From Candidatus Diapherotrites archaeon CG08_land_8_20_14_0_20_30_16 (lineage in GTDB: Archaea; Iainarchaeota; Iainarchaeia; Iainarchaeales; 0-14-0-20-30-16): a stretch of DNA of 15,217 nt. A model generated the notes under the pieces. It worked only from the letters and a program-made list of their open reading frames with translations. It had not been told where the DNA came from and did not search any database. The DNA lies in contig PEXK01000054.1 of NCBI GenBank assembly GCA_002779075.1, positions 1 through 15,217 of the forward strand, written 5' to 3'. Positions 13,437-15,217 of this stretch are shown here, piece after piece. Each line of letters starts with the position of its first letter. The stretch's first letter is position 1. A program made the translations under genes and the position numbers.

Positions 13437-13512
13437 AGGTTTGTTTTTGTCTTTTAAAATCAATAATCCAAACCATTAATTCAAACAAACCCTTTTTAAA
13501 TCTCTTCAAGAT

Positions 13513-14880
13513 TTAAATTTTTAGGAGTTTATCTAAATCATTTAAATCAAAACATTTAACAGAAACATTTTCATATTTTGATATTGTTTTAGAAAAAGAC
13601 TTTGCAAAAATTAAAAATTGTTCTTTTCTATTATTTTTATGCCAATCTACAAATTTGCTTTTTTCAATCAATTTAATTAAAATAGATCTTGCATCGATAT
13701 TTTCGCCCCATTTACATTCGCCAAAATATATTTTATTTTCCAACTCATTCTTTGCAACAATATCAATTTCTTTATCTTTGCACCACCAATTGTAACCCCT
13801 ACAAAAATAATTTTTAGAAAAAATATTTTGACAAAATCGTTCAAAAACTTTGCCCATATAATTATCATAATCTTTTACTATAAATTTTATTTGATATTCG
13901 GGATTTAATTCGATGTTTTCCTTATAGGGATAAATGTATCTCAGCCAAAATCTAAAATAATTATCTTTTACAACATAAATATAATTTTTGTCTTTTTCAG
14001 AAGATGTAACCGGCTTTACTTTTTCTAAAAGCCTCAGCCCCATCAAACTTTTTAAATATTTTAAAATGTTGGAAACATCCACTTTTGTTTTATTGGCAAT
14101 TTCGGAGGGGGTTGTTGAACCTTCAGAAACTACTTTTAAAATATCTATATATACCCCATAACTTCTCAATTCTGAAGATAATATCATTTGAGCATCAGAA
14201 TAGAATATGTTTGTTGGGTTTACTAAATCAAATAGTATCTTTTCAAATTTTTTTTGAGGATCTACTAAACTTAAATAAAAAGGTATTGTGTCACAAAGTC
14301 CAAATAACTTTATTTTGTCTTCAATAGAAACATTACCAAAAAAACCAGATAATGAAGAAAGTGGCAATTCTTTCAAATTTAACAATAAATTTAATCGCCC
14401 ATACAATGGGCTTTTGTAATCTAAAACGTCCGATTCTATTATTGAAATATAAGAACCTAACAAAATTACCATAATATTGTCTTGTTTTGAAATTATTTCA
14501 TCGAAAATTTGTTGAAATTTTGAAGGTATGGTTTTATCATTTACAATCCAATATGGAAATTCATCTATTATCAAAATTAACTTTTTTTCTGACTTGTTAG
14601 CCACTTTAGATATGATTTCTTTAAACAAATCAGAAAAATCAGAAGCCTCTAAAAACACATTAAACTCTTTAGAAAACCTAGTCTTAAATCGATCAAATTC
14701 AGTTTCAATATAATCCTGATTTGCCAAAAAATAAAATGAGTTTTTACTTTCTATAAATTTCTTTACAAGATATGTCTTGCCAATACGACGGCGACCATAA
14801 ATAACACAAAATTCAGCAGTTTTAGATACATACTTCTCTTCCAAAAGAGCTAATTCTTTGTCCCTGCCAAAAAGTATCAT
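13513..14880 (-). CDS. Arch_ATPase (AAA+-like P-loop NTPase) - wHTH - DUF234 (PD-(D/E)xK-like) protein, COG1672-type
   Basis: 455 aa. FGRDKELALLEE...FCVIYGRRRIGKTYLVKKF gives the family-typical Walker A. LILIIDEFPYW is the Walker B. The central region ILKVVSEGSTTPSEIANKTKVDVSNILKYLKSLMGLRLLEKV is wHTH-like. The C-terminal EIDIVAKNE...IYFGECKW is the DUF234 D...E-x-K signature. Confidence 0.85.
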   Translation of the reverse strand: MILFGRDKELALLEEKYVSKTAEFCVIYGRRRIGKTYLVKKFIESKNSFYFLANQDYIETEFDRFKTRFSKEFNVFLEASDFSDLFKEIISKVANKSEKKLILIIDEFPYWIVNDKTIPSKFQQIFDEIISKQDNIMVILLGSYISIIESDVLDYKSPLYGRLNLLLNLKELPLSSLSGFFGNVSIEDKIKLFGLCDTIPFYLSLVDPQKKFEKILFDLVNPTNIFYSDAQMILSSELRSYGVYIDILKVVSEGSTTPSEIANKTKVDVSNILKYLKSLMGLRLLEKVKPVTSSEKDKNYIYVVKDNYFRFWLRYIYPYKENIELNPEYQIKFIVKDYDNYMGKVFERFCQNIFSKNYFCRGYNWWCKDKEIDIVAKNELENKIYFGECKWGENIDARSILIKLIEKSKFVDWHKNNRKEQFLIFAKSFSKTISKYENVSVKCFDLNDLDKLLKI

Positions 14881-14923
14881 AATACTAAGTAATACAATAC
14901 TATTTATAAACCCTTACTATATA

Positions 14924-14940
14924 GGCTTTGTAAAAACCCG
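14924..14940 (+). repeat. Degenerate extra copy of the MITE left terminal repeat
   Basis: ATAGGCTTTGTAAAAACCCGTCAA (14921-14944) compares with ATAGGCTCTGTAGAAACCC-TCAA (15013-15036). It is in the same orientation, with two substitutions and one indel. Confidence 0.6.
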
Positions 14941-15015
14941 TCAAATTTATGTTAAGTGAGAGATAGATTTTATGTTTTACGGAAGTATAATATTGGTTCT
15001 CATACAGCTCTCATA

Positions 15016-15168
15016 GGCTCTGTAGAAACCCTCAATTTTCTTTTAATATTTTTGGCCAGAAAATATATTAAAGATAAAAAGGTTATCTATAGGTGACAAA
15101 TCAAATCTCCCCAGTTTCGAAGCTGATTGGTTTTGTTTGTCACTTATTAACAGGGTTTCTACAGAGCC
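15016..15168. mobile_element. MITE-like non-autonomous element (153 bp) with 17-bp perfect terminal inverted repeats and a 9-bp target-site duplication
   Basis: The left repeat GGCTCTGTAGAAACCCT (15016-15032) is the exact reverse complement of the right repeat AGGGTTTCTACAGAGCC (15152-15168). Both ends are flanked by the direct repeat GCTCTCATA (15007-15015 and 15169-15177). The interior has no ORF and carries its own inverted repeat GTGACAAA/TTTGTCAC (15093-15100/15136-15143). Confidence 0.75.
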
Positions 15169-15217
15169 GCTCTCATATATACTACTAAATTCAATTAACC
15201 TCAATACAGAGCCAACC

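Noticed and set aside
9190-14713. Other nested short ORFs (9190..9378+, 10271..10453+, 11515..11724+, 11550..11801+, 13677..13868-, 14085..14327+, 14528..14713+)
   Set aside because: They are embedded in longer, better-supported ORFs (regulator-like ORF, LivH, ligase-like, DUF234 ATPase) and are low-complexity, so I treat them as shadow ORFs.
14921-15213. CRISPR array, based on the repeated GGCTCTGTAGAAACCC-like motif
   Set aside because: Only two copies are in direct orientation, and they differ. The best pair is inverted and flanked by a target-site duplication. There is no regular repeat-spacer periodicity and no cas genes.
11186-15217. Integrated element or prophage inserted at tRNA-Ser
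   Set aside because: The window has no integrase or recombinase gene, and I could not find a direct repeat of the tRNA-Ser 3' end downstream. I describe the region only as an accessory, defence-like islet.

Overview
This is a visibly AT-rich archaeal chromosomal fragment. The archaeal call rests on ribosomal protein L40e, three tRNA genes without encoded CCA, class III (prepilin-like) signal peptides, and KaiC-like and Arch_ATPase/DUF234 genes. The lineage cannot be assigned from sequence alone, though the composition and visible gene decay would fit a small-genome (DPANN-like) archaeon. Positions 353-9139 hold an Epd/Tad-like type IV pilus locus built from two divergent units. On the minus strand is a translationally coupled operon of five pilin-like proteins, including a 513-aa candidate adhesin. 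On the plus strand are a FlaI/PilB/EpdL-family ATPase with an N-terminal wHTH-like extension, two single-domain T2SSF platform proteins, a separately promoted and terminated major-pilin candidate, and a KaiC/ArlH-like ATPase. No prepilin peptidase lies in the window. Positions 9150-10530 look like decaying genes: a regulator fragment with no ATG start and an orphan LivH permease interrupted by one in-frame TAG. Positions 10682-11186 carry tRNA-Arg(TCT) and tRNA-Ser(GGA), separated by a hairpin-rich spacer with no convincing ORF. All three tRNAs in the window are immediately preceded by the same kind of GC-clamped T-run/A-run palindrome. Positions 11258-14880 form a small accessory, defence-like islet on the minus strand. 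It holds an AbiEi/AbiEii type IV toxin-antitoxin pair, followed closely by a minimal RNA-ligase-like nucleotidyltransferase, plus an Arch_ATPase-wHTH-DUF234 (nuclease-like) protein. The window ends with a 153-bp MITE-like element (perfect 17-bp terminal inverted repeats, 9-bp target-site duplication) and degenerate extra copies of its ends. I saw no rRNA and no CRISPR array. All functional calls come from motif recognition by eye and need HMM or structure confirmation.
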